A DNA stretch of 63,728 nt, counting the filler, from Octopus bimaculoides (lineage: Eukaryota): the NCBI RefSeq assembly GCF_001194135.2. It is 9 parts of 7 records of this genome, joined end to end, with 100 filler letters (N's around TTAATTAATTAA, not from the genome) between each part and the next. Parts side by side here need not be neighbours in the genome. Positions count along the whole stretch, not along the records: positions 62,449 to 63,728 come from NW_026296048.1; 8 more parts are not named here. One strand, written 5' to 3'. Made by a program: the position numbers and the translations under genes. Position 1 is the stretch's first letter; each line of letters starts with the position of its first letter. Below are positions 62,349 to 63,728 of the stretch, piece after piece. The notes under the pieces were generated by a model. That model was not told the DNA's origin, did no database searches, and saw only the letters and a program-made list of their open reading frames with translations.

Positions 62349-62819
62349 NNNNNNNNNNNNNNNNNNNNNNNNNNNNNNNNNNNNNNNNNNNNTTAATTAA
62401 TTAANNNNNNNNNNNNNNNNNNNNNNNNNNNNNNNNNNNNNNNNNNNNAATTTCATGCACTGGAGATGTTGTATAGGCAGGTTTTAATAGCGCCTAGTGT
62501 TTCAAAGCAATCTATGGGCTCTGAGCTATGATCTATATAAGTTACAAATCAGGACGACTGAACAAGAGAAATCGAAAGGAAAAAAACGAGGGAATGATGG
62601 TCCAAAAATTGGAAGGGTGAAAAAAACAAAAGAAGAAAAGAAAAAAGAAGCGAATTAAAGTTATGTCTTCTTTGTCCGAGAAGCAATAAAGTTAGTTGGT
62701 GTATAATCAATAGAAGGGGTTCAAAGTCTGTGATACAGCTGCTCAATCCCAAGACGGGGTCGAGTGTTCTCCAATTCGTCAAAAGAAATTTGGTTATATG
62801 TTTGCATTTNNNNNNNNNN

Positions 62820-63600
62820 TTTGCATTTGCTGAAAATTTCTCATCTGGAATTCACAGTGCGGTGGAATTCTAAGATTTAAAAGGGATATGCGATCATTTA
62901 GTTACGCATGACTTGCATTTTTTAGATCCAGTAACATGTGGTATGGATTTTTATACGATTTTCTAACTTTTGTTCATACTCCAAATCAGAAGTAGATTAA
63001 ATTTTGTGCAAGCCTTGGAAGCCCTTGGATTTTCGAGATGATACACGAGTAAGGCTTTTAATTTCACGTCACTAGCGGCATTTCCTCCCAGAAGAAATGT
63101 CAGACGATTTTTAGAAGCTTTAAATGCTTGTGTTGATTTTTTTTCTCGAGAAATAGAAGTTCTAGTAGATATGCGCTTCCAGAAAAGTGTAGTTTCATCA
63201 GTATTGTATATTTTCTCTGGTGTGTAGCCCTTCAACAACCAATTTCTCAGCTGCTCAGGATAACTAGTAGCAACCTCTGTATTAGCACTCTCAGTTTCAC
63301 CAGTCATTTTTATGTCGTGCAAATTCATGCACTTCTTGCACCTTTCTAACACGCTTTGCCAGCCCAAAAGAGTTCTTCATAAGAAATTTCAAATTCATTT
63401 CTTTTTTGAAAATCGTCATATAAAGTTTTGGCGCTTTTTAAAATTACTATCGTGTTTATCGACACGTTNNNNNNNNNNATAAAGTTTTGGCGCTTTTTAA
63501 AATTACTATCGTGTTTATCGACACGTTACTCCGATTCTGATCTTTGATCTATACACCAGATAGACGTTTTATTTTAGGCATTACATTGGAGGTATGGAAA
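62820..63600 (-). mobile_element. Tigger/pogo transposase remnant (CENP-B-like HTH + DDE_1)
   Basis: TGETESANTEVATSYPEQL..GYTPEKIYNTDETTLFWKR..FKASKNRLTFLLGGNAASDVKLKALLVYHLENPRA. Confidence 0.92.
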
Positions 63601-63728
63601 AATAGGGTCTGGGCAATTAACTGAGTAGTTTTTTGAGCATTTAACATAATTTTCTCTCTTGTCACGCATCGTTCCCACTGTAGACGTTGCGAGATTTAAT
63701 GTTTTGGCTCTATAACTTAGTTCTCCCT

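Noticed and set aside
26369-62404. Eight regularly recurring TTAATTAATTAA 12-mers (array-like)
   Set aside because: Each sits centred in a short N gap (N44 on each side where counted) and has six-frame stops: artificial scaffolding linker
63420-63527. 49-bp direct repeat around a 10-N gap (also TTTGCATTT near 62800-62830)
   Set aside because: Unmerged contig overlap in the Tigger remnant

Overview
AT-rich, microsatellite-dense eukaryotic scaffold with many N gaps. The repeat content (abundant tRNA-derived SINEs, Penelope-like/RTE/CR1/R4 remnants, Tc1-mariner, Tigger) suggests a cephalopod, probably Octopus; this is inference, not verified. No intact protein-coding gene is recognisable, and most ORF-track entries are microsatellite or gap read-through. 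The window is intronic/intergenic DNA made of decayed transposons. It holds at least five short interspersed families (labelled A-E here), a 5'-truncated Penelope-like RT + GIY-YIG ORF, a second Penelope RT fragment, RTE, CR1, L1/Tx1 and R4/Dong fragments, Tc1, mariner and Tigger transposase remnants, hAT-like MITEs, Helitron-like termini and a tRNA-Glu pseudogene. The most interesting signals are (1) two minimal type-I hammerhead ribozyme motifs in Penelope-type terminal repeats, one with an apparently intact core, plus fold-back and core-deleted relatives; (2) a 3' tail shared between SINE family A and CR1-like LINE ends; (3) a TIR element containing an exact copy of its downstream flank; and (4) tiny plus-strand exon candidates of an unidentified host gene. 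All calls come from reading and manual translation; no database search was possible.
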